A stretch of DNA of 64,000 nt from a virus, in IMG/VR virus record IMGVR_UViG_3300047476_000521, positions 64,001-128,000 of that record; one strand, 5' to 3'. The position numbers and the translations under genes are program-made. A model generated the notes under the pieces. The model saw nothing but the letters and a program-made list of their open reading frames with translations, did no database searches and was not told the DNA's origin. The number at the start of each line of letters is the position of its first letter. Positions within the stretch are counted from its first letter, which is position 1. Shown here piece by piece: positions 1 through 10,490 of the stretch.

Positions 1-1098
1 ACTACCATGCTGGCTTGGGCCAGAGATGGGAAAAATTTATCTTTAGGCGCTAATAGCACTACAGTTATGTTGTTAAGCTCCAATGGTAACGTTGGTGTTG
101 CTAATGGAATTCCTTCGCATAAATTATCAGTTAGCGGTACTGGTTATTTTGCTGACACAGTTTCAACTGCAGGTTCTTTTAGCGTAGGAACCACAGACTT
201 TACTACAGATTTAGCATATAATACTAAGTTAGTAGTGTCAGGAACAGGACCAGTTTTATATCTAAGAGAAACTGATGGCGACGATTGGGCTCTGAGCGCT
301 CTTTCTAATAATTTTACAATCAGATCAGTTCCAGATGTTGCAAATTCTTCTACTTGGACTGCTCCGTTTTTTGTTGGTACAGGAGCTCCGACTAATTCAT
401 TATATGTTGCTGCTAACGGTAATGTTGGATGTGGAACTGCCTCTCCATCAACAAAACTTCATCTTTCTGGAACAGACGCTACTCTTAGAATAGATGGAAC
501 TGGTAGTTCTGTTTCTTCTATTCAATTAAATCCCACTGCTACTGCTGGTTATCTGGGAACAATTAGTAATTATCCTCTTATTTTTGTTACTGCTTCAGGC
601 GGTACTGAAAAAATGCGAATCGATACTGGCGGTAACGTCGCTATCGGTACTACAACAACAAATTCTAGACTAGTAGTTTCAGCAGCTGATGGCGTTCCTG
701 CTTATTTTGCAGGAGCTACGAAGGCTGTAAGAATTGTAACAGGTACAGGAGGTTGTTCTGTTGAAGGAGTAGATAATACAGGCTACGCTTCTTATCAACC
801 TTTAACAGTTGGTGGTTCCACTTTAACTTTCCATACTGGAGGAACTGGAAGATTATCAATCGATGCTTCTGGTAACGTTCTTCCAGGAGCAGACAATACC
901 TATAATTTAGGTTCGCTTACTATGAGATGGGCAAACATCTATACAGGCGACTTACATCTTTCTAACGAAAACTCAAAAGGTAATGACGTTGATAAGACTA
1001 CTGGTAACTGGACAATCCAAGAAGGCGAAAACGATCTCTACATTATAAATAACAAAAACGGAAAAAGATTCAAATTTAAACTGGAAGAGATTCAATGA
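1..1098 (+). CDS. Tail fibre protein, 5'-truncated by window edge
   Basis: Frame open from position 1; repeated GNVGIGT-type fibre motifs; C-terminal RWANIYTGDLHLSNE..GNWTIQEGENDLYIINNKNGKRFKFKLEE module typical of T4-like phage fibres. Confidence 0.8.
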   Translation, partial: TTMLAWARDGKNLSLGANSTTVMLLSSNGNVGVANGIPSHKLSVSGTGYFADTVSTAGSFSVGTTDFTTDLAYNTKLVVSGTGPVLYLRETDGDDWALSALSNNFTIRSVPDVANSSTWTAPFFVGTGAPTNSLYVAANGNVGCGTASPSTKLHLSGTDATLRIDGTGSSVSSIQLNPTATAGYLGTISNYPLIFVTASGGTEKMRIDTGGNVAIGTTTTNSRLVVSAADGVPAYFAGATKAVRIVTGTGGCSVEGVDNTGYASYQPLTVGGSTLTFHTGGTGRLSIDASGNVLPGADNTYNLGSLTMRWANIYTGDLHLSNENSKGNDVDKTTGNWTIQEGENDLYIINNKNGKRFKFKLEEIQ

Positions 1099-4000
1099 CC
1101 TTATTTGTTGGTAATTCCACAGTAAACACTTCTATAAATGCAAATACTGCTAGTATTTTTGCTAATAGTACTGCGACTGCTTTATTTGTTGCCGCTAATG
1201 GAACTGTCGGAGTCGGAACGTCTTCTACTGGTTCGGCTAGATTAAATGTAAACGGCAAAGTATCTGCTTCGCAACTGGGAACAGAAAGCGGTAATCTTTT
1301 AATAGATACTGCAGGTAATGCGGGTACAATTACTCTTGGTTCAAGTTTCTTAGTAATACCTTCTAATGGTAATATTGGTATTGCAACTACCTCACCTCGT
1401 AACAAACTATCAATAGGAACTATTACTTCAACATCAACAGCAACTCCAGATGTAATTGATATAGGAGGCACATACAACAGCAGTGCTGGCAGCGCACCAA
1501 AACTTCGTGTGTGGACTGACGGCTCTAGTCATTATGGTATTGGTGTTTCTACTAATCAGATGGAATTTACTACGCAAGCAGGCGGAGCTCAAGTTTGGTA
1601 TACTGATGGTACCGAAAAAATGCGTTTGTCTTCTAATGGTAATGTGCGTATAGGTTCCGCTACAGCATCAGTAAGGTTTACTGTTGGAGATGGCGGGGAT
1701 AATCAATCAGGTCCAGGAACAGCGCAGATTGTTCTAAATGGTGCAGGAACAACTCCTTCAGTAACAGGTAAACCTACTTTATTCCATAAAGCAAATATTG
1801 GTTTAGGTTTACACTCAGATTCAGCAATGTCATTTACTGTTGCTGGTGCGGCTTACACTGAAGCAATGAGAATCGCTTCAAGTGGTAGTATTACTGGATA
1901 TGTCGATATTCGTTCTCCTATCTTTTATGACAGTAATAATACAAGTTTTTATGTTGATGCTGCATCCGCTTCTAGATTTAGTTCAATATATTCAGATCAA
2001 TATAGAATATTGAACAGCGGCGTTTTCATTTGGCAGCATGATAGCGCAGCAGCTAATAATAAGTTTTGGGATACATACTCAGGAAGCGATGGTACATTAA
2101 ACTTTAGAACAGTCAATGATACATATACAGCGGCGGTAAATTGGTTAACTGTAACACGCACTGGTAATTCTCCTCAAGTCATATCACTTGGCGGAACTTA
2201 TACGGCAGCGGCAGGTTCTGTAAGATCACCACTCTTCTACGATAGCGACAATACTGGTTACTATATTGACGGCGCAGGAACGTCCGTTTTGAATGCTGCT
2301 ACTTTTGCAGGTTTACATACAATTGATAGTCTTGGTATTATTGCTAGAACCGGTGGTGGTAACTATGGTGTTCGAATTTATCCCGGCGGTGGAACATCGG
2401 CTGTCAATGCCGTTCTACAATTCACAAATGCTGCACAAAATGTACAATGGGGAACACTCAACTTTGATGGTACCGCTGGCAGCGTAGGTACAGATACCGC
2501 TGTTCCTTTTTATATTAGGTCAAATGCGTCTAATAGAATCACCCTTCTTAGCGGCGGCAACGTTGGTGTAGGAACAATTTCACCCTCGACAAATTTTCAA
2601 GTTGTTGGTACTAGTTGGCTTGGTGGTTCAACAAATACCCAATCTACGATTGCAATTTATAGTCAAAACGCAACTTCTGCTAGTATAGAAGCGTTTGATC
2701 CAACAAATTCTGCCACAAAACGTGATATAGGTATTTCTGCTTTTGGTGGTAACGTTGGAATAGGAACTCAAAGCCCGACTCAAAAATTGACAGTTAGTGG
2801 TACAGGAAACGCTACTGGCGATTTCAGAGCGCCTATTTTCTATGACAGTGACAATACTGCTTACTATATGAATCCTAACGATTGGTCGAATTTTGGTGGT
2901 CTCTACGTTGATTGGGGCGTCATAACTTTCCAGTCCACCAAGCACAAGCGTATCACATCAAACGATGGTGGTGGTAACTGGAACTTCCGTGCAGGTAACT
3001 ACATGGATGGTTCGCTAAAGTATATCAACAACAGTGCAAATAGTGGTGCTGCTACTATCTCATTCTCTGTAGATAGCTCCGATGGATACATTAGTTTTCT
3101 CACTGCACCGATTGGTGTTGCTGGAGCAAACGTTTCGTATACCGGAACAGCATATCTAGATCGATATGGTACCTTTGGAACAAGTAACGATTTCAGAGCG
3201 CCTATCTTTTATGATAGTAATAATACTGCTTATTATTCTGATCCTAATGGTACATCAGTATTAACTAGAGTATCGCTATGGTCCGGAACAACTTCTGCAT
3301 TACATATCAACGACGTTGCAGGAGCAGCATCCTACAACAATATCATGTCAGCAGCAAACGATGGTGGCACTAAACTTGTTGCATTCGTTAACGGTTCTAC
3401 AAGAAATACTGATGGTGGTAATAATGCTGTTGTTATAAGAAACGATGGAGGACCATTTGTTCTTGGTTCTACTTCGCAGATAACAACTGTTGCAGGTTCG
3501 TATGTAGGTATTCCCACTGATCTTATCATATCTGGTGGTGTTGACGCCATTCAATTTAATAATGCTACAAGCAACTATATCACTTGGAATACTGCTGGCG
3601 TTGCTGCTCCAACTTTTACTACTCGTTCTGCTGGAACCAAGTTAGTATTATATCCATCTCTTGCCGCTTCTGCTGCTGATTATGCTATTGGTATTGAGAA
3701 TAACACTTTATGGAATTCTGTAATTAATACTGGAGCGCAGTTCAAATGGTATGGCGGAACTACGCTCGCCCTAACCCTTTCTGGTGCTGGTTTGTTGACT
3801 ATTGTTAATAGTCAAATAGCCAATCTAGGATCCACTTCGCTTAATAGTTTTGCAACAGCAGCAACAGCTACAGAAGGTCAGTTAATTGCTAATTTCACTG
3901 GTCAAAACTCTGCTTATCTATTCAATAACTCTACATTCTGGGGATTATATTCTGGTTCTGGCGGAGGCATTATTGCTTGGGATAGAGGTAATACTAGAGT

Positions 4001-5543
4001 CAACATAGCAAGCGGTGGTGGATTTGCGCAAATAAGCGGTTCTGCAAGAGCACCAATCTTCTACGATTCTGATGATACTATTAGTCGTTGGACTAGTAAT
4101 GATTTTGTTCTTAGAGGAACATCGCCAACAATTTTCTTACGAGATACAGATCATAATTCAGCAATGATTCATTGTAATTCTAATTTGTTATACGTTCTTA
4201 GAGGCGGCGTTGATACAGAAACTTGGGCGCAAGTTAATTCTCAATGGCCTCTCACCATAAATCTCACAAACAACGATGCTGTTTTTGGTGGTACTCTTTC
4301 TTCTGTTGGTGCTGCATATTCTCCTATTTACTATGATAGGGATAATACTGCATATTATGTTAATGGCAATGGAACTTCTCTACTAAGTTCATTGTCTCTT
4401 CAAGATGTCGGTGGTCTATGGGCAAGAGCTGGTTATTCTGATGGATATCATGATATTACATTCCGTGGTTATCCATCAACATTTGGCGCTTTTCCTGCGA
4501 CAACTATTGCTGATGTTATGGCATTTAGTGATTGGGGTGGTGATTTCAGGTTCTATCATAAGACAAGCACTGTCTTAACACATTTAGCACACATCACGAC
4601 AGATTATCTATGGCATTATTCTAATATAAGAACACCTATCTTCTATGATAGCAACGATACAAATTATTATTTGAACCCCAATGGTGGTAGTCAAGTAGCA
4701 GGGCATTTTAGAATTGGACCATACGCAGGTTCTGCAACTACTGGTAATGTTACTGGCTTAGAAATTATGAACGCTGGTGGTACTGGCGATTCAAATCTTG
4801 CTGCTATTTCTTTTCACTGTCAGGGCACATATGGTGCTCATATGCATCTTCGTGCTGATGGAGTGTTTGGTATTGGTGGATGGTCAGCTTCTTCATATCG
4901 TTGGTATGTCGATTTACCAAACTCTATTACATATATGACCAACCAATCACGTTCTAATATACATTACGATCTTGATGATACAAACTATTATGTAGACCCT
5001 AACAGCACCACAAGACTAAACAATCTAACTGTTGTCGGAACAGGCAGTAAGACTCTTATTGCAACTCTTACAGCATCAAATTCTGCAACCCTTTCCACAA
5101 CAGCACTAAGCGGATATAGATATTATGAAATTATTTTCACAAATATCGTTCCTGTAACAACATCAACGAATCTAAGATTACAGTTTTATAGTAATGGTTC
5201 GTATCAAGCAGCAAATTATCTAAACTATCTTGCTGTGTTCAACACAGGAGGTTCAACAGCAGGAGCGTCCACAACTTATGTTGATCTTTCAGCAGGTAAC
5301 AGAGTTTCTAATACAGCAAGTAATGGATTTACGGGTACAGTTTTATTGACAAACGCTAACCAAGCAACTGGTTTCAAACAATACATAGTCGATTCCGGAG
5401 GTTTAGATTCAAGCACTGCAGGATATTGTAGATGTTGGGGTACAGGTTCTTTGAATGTTACTACAACGATTACAGGTCTTCAGGTCTATATGTCATCTGG
5501 TAATATTTCAACTGGCGTTATTCAAATTTGGGGATGGAACTAA
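1095..5543 (+). CDS. Long tail fibre protein (1482 aa) with repeated R(A/S)PIFYDSxNTxYY modules
   Basis: GNVGIGT repeats and about 9 copies of RxPIFYDSxxTxYYxxP linker; G/S/T/N-rich. Confidence 0.8.
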   Translation: MTLFVGNSTVNTSINANTASIFANSTATALFVAANGTVGVGTSSTGSARLNVNGKVSASQLGTESGNLLIDTAGNAGTITLGSSFLVIPSNGNIGIATTSPRNKLSIGTITSTSTATPDVIDIGGTYNSSAGSAPKLRVWTDGSSHYGIGVSTNQMEFTTQAGGAQVWYTDGTEKMRLSSNGNVRIGSATASVRFTVGDGGDNQSGPGTAQIVLNGAGTTPSVTGKPTLFHKANIGLGLHSDSAMSFTVAGAAYTEAMRIASSGSITGYVDIRSPIFYDSNNTSFYVDAASASRFSSIYSDQYRILNSGVFIWQHDSAAANNKFWDTYSGSDGTLNFRTVNDTYTAAVNWLTVTRTGNSPQVISLGGTYTAAAGSVRSPLFYDSDNTGYYIDGAGTSVLNAATFAGLHTIDSLGIIARTGGGNYGVRIYPGGGTSAVNAVLQFTNAAQNVQWGTLNFDGTAGSVGTDTAVPFYIRSNASNRITLLSGGNVGVGTISPSTNFQVVGTSWLGGSTNTQSTIAIYSQNATSASIEAFDPTNSATKRDIGISAFGGNVGIGTQSPTQKLTVSGTGNATGDFRAPIFYDSDNTAYYMNPNDWSNFGGLYVDWGVITFQSTKHKRITSNDGGGNWNFRAGNYMDGSLKYINNSANSGAATISFSVDSSDGYISFLTAPIGVAGANVSYTGTAYLDRYGTFGTSNDFRAPIFYDSNNTAYYSDPNGTSVLTRVSLWSGTTSALHINDVAGAASYNNIMSAANDGGTKLVAFVNGSTRNTDGGNNAVVIRNDGGPFVLGSTSQITTVAGSYVGIPTDLIISGGVDAIQFNNATSNYITWNTAGVAAPTFTTRSAGTKLVLYPSLAASAADYAIGIENNTLWNSVINTGAQFKWYGGTTLALTLSGAGLLTIVNSQIANLGSTSLNSFATAATATEGQLIANFTGQNSAYLFNNSTFWGLYSGSGGGIIAWDRGNTRVNIASGGGFAQISGSARAPIFYDSDDTISRWTSNDFVLRGTSPTIFLRDTDHNSAMIHCNSNLLYVLRGGVDTETWAQVNSQWPLTINLTNNDAVFGGTLSSVGAAYSPIYYDRDNTAYYVNGNGTSLLSSLSLQDVGGLWARAGYSDGYHDITFRGYPSTFGAFPATTIADVMAFSDWGGDFRFYHKTSTVLTHLAHITTDYLWHYSNIRTPIFYDSNDTNYYLNPNGGSQVAGHFRIGPYAGSATTGNVTGLEIMNAGGTGDSNLAAISFHCQGTYGAHMHLRADGVFGIGGWSASSYRWYVDLPNSITYMTNQSRSNIHYDLDDTNYYVDPNSTTRLNNLTVVGTGSKTLIATLTASNSATLSTTALSGYRYYEIIFTNIVPVTTSTNLRLQFYSNGSYQAANYLNYLAVFNTGGSTAGASTTYVDLSAGNRVSNTASNGFTGTVLLTNANQATGFKQYIVDSGGLDSSTAGYCRCWGTGSLNVTTTITGLQVYMSSGNISTGVIQIWGWN

Positions 5544-5989
5544 TGACACTCAATTATAAATCTAGAAACGATACTGAAGCTGTAGTTCGTCTAACCGATG
5601 GAGCAATCATCGGTCCTGAAAACGAAACAGAATGGGAAGAATATCAAACTTGGTTATCTGAAGGTAATACACCAGAAGAACCAGAATCAGAGTTACTTCC
5701 TGTTCCCTCGACAATATCAGATCGTCAGTTTTTTCAACAGGCAGCTATACTTGGTGTTATTTCACAAGCAGAAGCATTGGCCGCTGTTCAGACTGGCACA
5801 ATTCCAACAGTTCTTCAAAGTATTGTTGATGGAATACAAAATTCGTCTGAAAAGTTTGCAGCAACAATGTTGTTAGCAGGAGCAACAGTATTTGAGAGAA
5901 ATCATCCATTCACTAATGCTGTTGGCAACGCTTTAGGTTGGTCAACTCAACAGATTGATCAGTTTTTCATTGACGCAGCAAAGTTATAA
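5543..5989 (+). CDS. Tail fibre-associated/assembly protein
   Basis: ATG overlaps fibre stop (TAATG); EWEEYQTWLSEGNTPE and VPSTISDRQF..FERNHP..IDQFFIDAAKL motifs seen in fibre chaperones. Confidence 0.65.
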   Translation: MTLNYKSRNDTEAVVRLTDGAIIGPENETEWEEYQTWLSEGNTPEEPESELLPVPSTISDRQFFQQAAILGVISQAEALAAVQTGTIPTVLQSIVDGIQNSSEKFAATMLLAGATVFERNHPFTNAVGNALGWSTQQIDQFFIDAAKL

Positions 5990-6032
5990 TTCAACCTAAA
6001 TATAAAATATCGCATTAAAGGAGATAGAAATT

Positions 6033-6428
6033 ATGGCTATTACATACACTTGGGAAGTTACTGGTATGAAAACCACAACTTTCAACGATACTCCTGATAT
6101 AGTCGTTCAGACTTATTGGAAGAAAATTGGTACTGATGAAAATGGTAATGAAGGAACTTTTAGTGGAGCCACTCCATTTCCTCTCAATAACATGCCTGCC
6201 GGGACATCATTTATTCCTTTCGAAGATTTGACAGAGGCAGATGTTCTATCATGGATTCAAGCAGTTGTTGTTGGTAATTATGCAGATCACGTTAATGGTC
6301 AAATTCTAAAACAGATCAACGAAAAGAAAAATCCAATCGTTGAGCCACCATTACCATGGGCTCCTGTTACTAATACTGCTGTAAGTAATACAGCACCTGT
6401 AACTAATACATCAACAAGTAATACTTAA
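6033..6428 (+). CDS. Small tail-associated hypothetical protein
   Basis: SD AAGGAG; YTW..FIPFEDLTEADVLSWI..LPW pattern common next to phage fibres. Confidence 0.7.
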   Translation: MAITYTWEVTGMKTTTFNDTPDIVVQTYWKKIGTDENGNEGTFSGATPFPLNNMPAGTSFIPFEDLTEADVLSWIQAVVVGNYADHVNGQILKQINEKKNPIVEPPLPWAPVTNTAVSNTAPVTNTSTSNT

Positions 6429-6429
6429 A

Positions 6430-6783
6430 ATGACTATCAAATATGACTGGTCTATTGTTTCTCTGAAATACAAGAAAAACGATAAAGACGAAGATATAAT
6501 TACTGAAGTTATATGGAGAAAACGAGGCGTCGACGAAGAGGGCCATGAAGGCTCTTTCGAAGGTTTGTTAGATCCAAAAACTGTTACATACCCAGATAAT
6601 TATAAGTTTCTGCCTTATAATAAGTTAAAAGAAGCAGATGTTATTAAATGGGTAAAGATGTTTGTTTCTGAATCTTTAGACGATCATGTTAATAACATTA
6701 TCGCCAAACAAATAGAAGAAAAGAAACTAATTGTAGTAGAAGATACATTTCCTTGGTCAAAGGGAAATAAAAAGAATAAATAA
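6430..6783 (+). CDS. Paralogue of preceding tail-associated protein
   Basis: YDW..FLPYNKLKEADVIKWV..FPW aligns with 6033-6428 protein. Confidence 0.7.
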   Translation: MTIKYDWSIVSLKYKKNDKDEDIITEVIWRKRGVDEEGHEGSFEGLLDPKTVTYPDNYKFLPYNKLKEADVIKWVKMFVSESLDDHVNNIIAKQIEEKKLIVVEDTFPWSKGNKKNK

Positions 6784-6810
6784 TAAAAATACCATAGGGG
6801 ATAGGGAACC

Positions 6811-9366
6811 ATGGCGACTTTAGATTTCAGAGTAAAAAACGGTTTAGTTACCGGAGCAAATAACACAACATTAGGAACAGCAGTTACCGTTTTATTAGGC
6901 GGTAATGTTGGTATTGGAGATTCGAATCCTTCTTCAAAATTAGCTGTTTCCGGAACTCTGAACGCTACTGGCGCCATCACTCAAGGCGGTAATCAGGTTC
7001 TTCACGCTGGTAATTATAATTCATATTCTCCAACGCTAACCGGAACAGGAGCTTCTGGTACTTGGGGCATTAACATTACTGGTAATGCTGAGACTGTTGA
7101 TGGTTATAGCGCCTCTACTTCTGCTTTTATGAACACTATAGTTGTTAGAGATGCTAGTAATTATGCTTATTTCAATTACATTAACAGTAATACAGCTAGT
7201 GGAGAAAATCCAGCAGTTTCGCAAGTAATTGTTACTAATGCTGCTGACGGGTTTTATCGTAAAGCATCAATTTCTCACCTTACTTCTGCAGTTCAAACGA
7301 ATGCTTCTGGTAACTGGAGTATCAATTCTCTTAATATTACTCAGTACCCTCTAAATCAAGATGTAAGAACTACTGCTTCTCCTACTTTTGCTGGATTAAC
7401 TTCAACAGGCGCAGTTAGTGTTCCTGCTGGTTTCACAGTTCGTAAGCAAGATAACGCTAACGAAGGCGCAGAAATTACATTTGAAAAAGCGACTAACTCA
7501 ACACTAGCAGGCAATATCATCATTGATAATGCTTCAAATGCAATTCGTATATTTGAAGGTGCTGGAAGTTTCCGTGGTGTTACACTCGATATTACTGGTT
7601 GCGGTTCGCAGTCCGCACTACTTCACTCATCAAACTATAACTCGTACGCACCAACTCTAACAGGCGGTAATGCATCAGGAACTTGGGGTATTAATATTTC
7701 AGGTTCAGCTGCAACTTTAACTACTGCTAGAACAATTAACGGAACTTCGTTTAATGGTTCTGCTAATATTACTACTGTTTCTTGGGGAACTGCTAGAACC
7801 TTAACTATCGGAAACACAGGTAAGCTGGTTGATGGTTCTGGTGGTGTTGCTTGGTCGCTAACAGAAATCGGTGTTCCTTCGTTAACAGGTACTGGAGCTT
7901 CTGGTACTTGGGGTATTAGTATCACTGGTAATGCTGCAACTGTTGCTGGTTATGGCGTAGCTTCAACAGCTACTGGATCAACTGTTGCTCTAAGAGATGG
8001 TTCTGGTCATTTATTTGGCGTTTATCTATACAGTCAATATTTGAACATGTCTCACGCTTCCTCATCAAGAACCGGAGATACTATATTTTATAGTTCTTAT
8101 GATGATTTTGTTCGTAAGAACGATGCTGCTGGTATGCGTGGTTCGCTTAATGTTCCTACTAGAACTGGTGGCGATGCCTCTGGTACTTGGGGAATCAACG
8201 TAACTGGAAACGCAGGAACAGCAACTACTGCTACATATTCTATAAACACAACACAATCATTCGCTTCAAATTGGAATACAGATTTCGCAAATACTCCAGC
8301 TGGAAGCATGAACCTAAGAGGCGACACTTCTACAGGTACTTCTACTGGTGGTCCTGGTGGTTCTTGGTGGTTTCAAGAAAACTTTAGGCACAATAATAAT
8401 TCAAGCACTTGGGGCGTCCAGGTTGCATGGGGTTGGGAAGATAATGCCAATACCCTTAGAACACGTAACGTTCAAAATGGCGCATTTGGCGCATGGGTAA
8501 CTTATCTTAATTCGGGCAATTATAATTCTTATTCGCCAACATTAACAGGAACTGGCGCTTCCGGAACTTGGGGCATCAGCATTACAGGTAATGCATCAGG
8601 CAATGCTGGAACTGCTACAACTCTACAAACTGCTAGAAATATTAACGGTACTTCGTTTAATGGTTCCGCTAATATTACAACAGCTACATGGGGAACTGCA
8701 AGATCAATCACAATTGGTGGTACTGCCAAATCAGTTGACGGTTCAGCAGCAGTTTCTTGGTCGCTAACAGAAATCGGTGTTCCTTCATTAACAGGAACTG
8801 GTGCTTCTGGAACTTGGGGTATTAGTATTTCCGGTAATGCTGCTACTGCCACAACTGCCTCTACTGCTACATCTGCTACTACTGCTGGATCAGCAACTAC
8901 TGCTGGTTCTGCTACAACGTTTACTAGCACCACCCAGAATTCTCAGTTTAATTCAATCGGAGTTGGTACTGCTGCTTCTGCGATTGCTGGTGAAATTCGT
9001 GCCACAAACAATATCACCGCTTACTATTCTGATAAGAGACTCAAGGAAAATATCAAGAAAATAGATAATCCTCTTGAAAAGGTTTCAATGATCAGCGGCG
9101 TGACTTATAACAGCAATGACATTGCAGCGTCTTATGGTTACACAGACAAGTCAACTCAGGTTGGTGTTATTGCTCAGGAAATCGAACAAGTTCTTCCAAT
9201 GGCTGTCAAGCAGGCACCATTTGATATCGATGTCAAGCATGGTGTTGAATACTCTAAGTCTGGAGAGAACTATCTCACTGTTCAATATGAAAAGATTATT
9301 CCTTTGTTGATTGAGGCAATCAAAGAATTGAAGTCTGAGATTGACCAACTAAAGAGCAATAGATAA
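6811..9366 (+). CDS. Tail fibre protein with C-terminal peptidase S74 intramolecular chaperone
   Basis: N-terminal DFRVKNGL; repeats LTGTGASGTWGISITGNA; C-terminal YYSDKRLKENI..VGVIAQEIEQVLP..YEKIIPLLIEAIKEL. Confidence 0.85.
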   Translation: MATLDFRVKNGLVTGANNTTLGTAVTVLLGGNVGIGDSNPSSKLAVSGTLNATGAITQGGNQVLHAGNYNSYSPTLTGTGASGTWGINITGNAETVDGYSASTSAFMNTIVVRDASNYAYFNYINSNTASGENPAVSQVIVTNAADGFYRKASISHLTSAVQTNASGNWSINSLNITQYPLNQDVRTTASPTFAGLTSTGAVSVPAGFTVRKQDNANEGAEITFEKATNSTLAGNIIIDNASNAIRIFEGAGSFRGVTLDITGCGSQSALLHSSNYNSYAPTLTGGNASGTWGINISGSAATLTTARTINGTSFNGSANITTVSWGTARTLTIGNTGKLVDGSGGVAWSLTEIGVPSLTGTGASGTWGISITGNAATVAGYGVASTATGSTVALRDGSGHLFGVYLYSQYLNMSHASSSRTGDTIFYSSYDDFVRKNDAAGMRGSLNVPTRTGGDASGTWGINVTGNAGTATTATYSINTTQSFASNWNTDFANTPAGSMNLRGDTSTGTSTGGPGGSWWFQENFRHNNNSSTWGVQVAWGWEDNANTLRTRNVQNGAFGAWVTYLNSGNYNSYSPTLTGTGASGTWGISITGNASGNAGTATTLQTARNINGTSFNGSANITTATWGTARSITIGGTAKSVDGSAAVSWSLTEIGVPSLTGTGASGTWGISISGNAATATTASTATSATTAGSATTAGSATTFTSTTQNSQFNSIGVGTAASAIAGEIRATNNITAYYSDKRLKENIKKIDNPLEKVSMISGVTYNSNDIAASYGYTDKSTQVGVIAQEIEQVLPMAVKQAPFDIDVKHGVEYSKSGENYLTVQYEKIIPLLIEAIKELKSEIDQLKSNR

Positions 9367-10049
9367 TGCCAACACCAGCATCTGGTACGATATCATTAAA
9401 TGACATTGGAACCATTACAAAAGGCGCTTCTGGCACTGTTGTAAGTTTAAACGATTCTAAAGTTAGAACTTTATTGGGAATACCAAGCGGGCAGATATCT
9501 TTATCACAAGCATACAACAAACCAGCTTCTGGAACTGCAAGTCAAACAGTGCCTGGCACATACTCATACGCTCCACCTCCTTATCAGTATTTGACTGCTG
9601 ATTGTAGAGGCGGCGGAGGTGGCGGCGGCGGACAGTGCTGGCTATTTTATGGAGGAGGTACAGCAGGTGGTGCTGGCGGAGCTACTACTTTTTTCAGTAC
9701 AACTAACGTTGTTGCTAACGGAGGCGGTGGTGGTGGAGGCCAAGATGGATTCGGTAACTTTGGTGCTGTAGGAACTGCTGGTGGTGGTTCTGGAGGAACT
9801 GTAACAACTGGCGGTGGCGCTGCAGGCGGAGCCAGCGGTTATTCTGCGTATGGTCAAGGTGGTACAGGTGGTAATGGTGGTAAAACTACTCAGACTTGGA
9901 CGTATGCTGCTACAGCTGGTTATCCTGAATGGGGAACATCTTATACCTATACAGTAGGAGCAGCTGGTGCAAGAGGTATTGGTTATGCTGGCGTTGGAGC
10001 AAACGGTCAGCTAGGTGCTCCTGGAGCTATATACTTTACTTATTCATAA
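9366..10049 (+). CDS. Glycine-rich tail fibre tip/adhesin-like protein
   Basis: N-terminal MPTPASGTISLNDI..SGQISLSQAY followed by polyglycine repeats; follows S74 fibre. Confidence 0.65.
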   Translation: MPTPASGTISLNDIGTITKGASGTVVSLNDSKVRTLLGIPSGQISLSQAYNKPASGTASQTVPGTYSYAPPPYQYLTADCRGGGGGGGGQCWLFYGGGTAGGAGGATTFFSTTNVVANGGGGGGGQDGFGNFGAVGTAGGGSGGTVTTGGGAAGGASGYSAYGQGGTGGNGGKTTQTWTYAATAGYPEWGTSYTYTVGAAGARGIGYAGVGANGQLGAPGAIYFTYS

Positions 10050-10057
10050 AGGAGATT

Positions 10058-10474
10058 ATGATGCGTTGTTTTATAAGAGTAGTGGAGGGAAACCCTTTTG
10101 AACATCCATACACAGCAGAAAATTTATCTCAGTTAATTAAAGATTTTGACCCTGACAATCCACCAGATGGTTTAGAAGAGTTTATACGTATCGCTCCTCC
10201 TGTTGTTAACTTTTTAGAAACATTTGTAGGTACAACTTATGAAAAAGTTAATGGGTTTTGGCAAGATGTTCATAATGTTAGACCGTTAACTGAAATTGAA
10301 AAAGAAGAAAAGATAAAGTTTACCAAAAGTATTTTTATATTTTCTGATACTTGGACTTTAAACGAAACTACAGGACAGTGGATTCCACCAGTTCCTTATC
10401 CAACCGATGGCAAACTTTACGGTTGGGATAACGATAAATTAGAATGGTTCGAATCTAATAATCTAAATACTTAA
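10058..10474 (+). CDS. Hypothetical tail-associated protein
   Basis: SD AAGGAG before ATG 10058; C-terminal WTLNETTGQWIPPVPYPTDGKLYGWD motif. Confidence 0.65.
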   Translation: MMRCFIRVVEGNPFEHPYTAENLSQLIKDFDPDNPPDGLEEFIRIAPPVVNFLETFVGTTYEKVNGFWQDVHNVRPLTEIEKEEKIKFTKSIFIFSDTWTLNETTGQWIPPVPYPTDGKLYGWDNDKLEWFESNNLNT

Positions 10475-10490
10475 AACAAAAGAGAGCAAA

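Noticed and set aside
1076-9857. Minus-strand ORFs opposite tail fibres
   Set aside because: Shadow frames caused by codon bias of the + strand genes
1-10049. Diversity-generating retroelement or invertase shufflon acting on fibres
   Set aside because: No RT or recombinase; repeat differences are synonymous, not adenine-specific; no inverted cassettes
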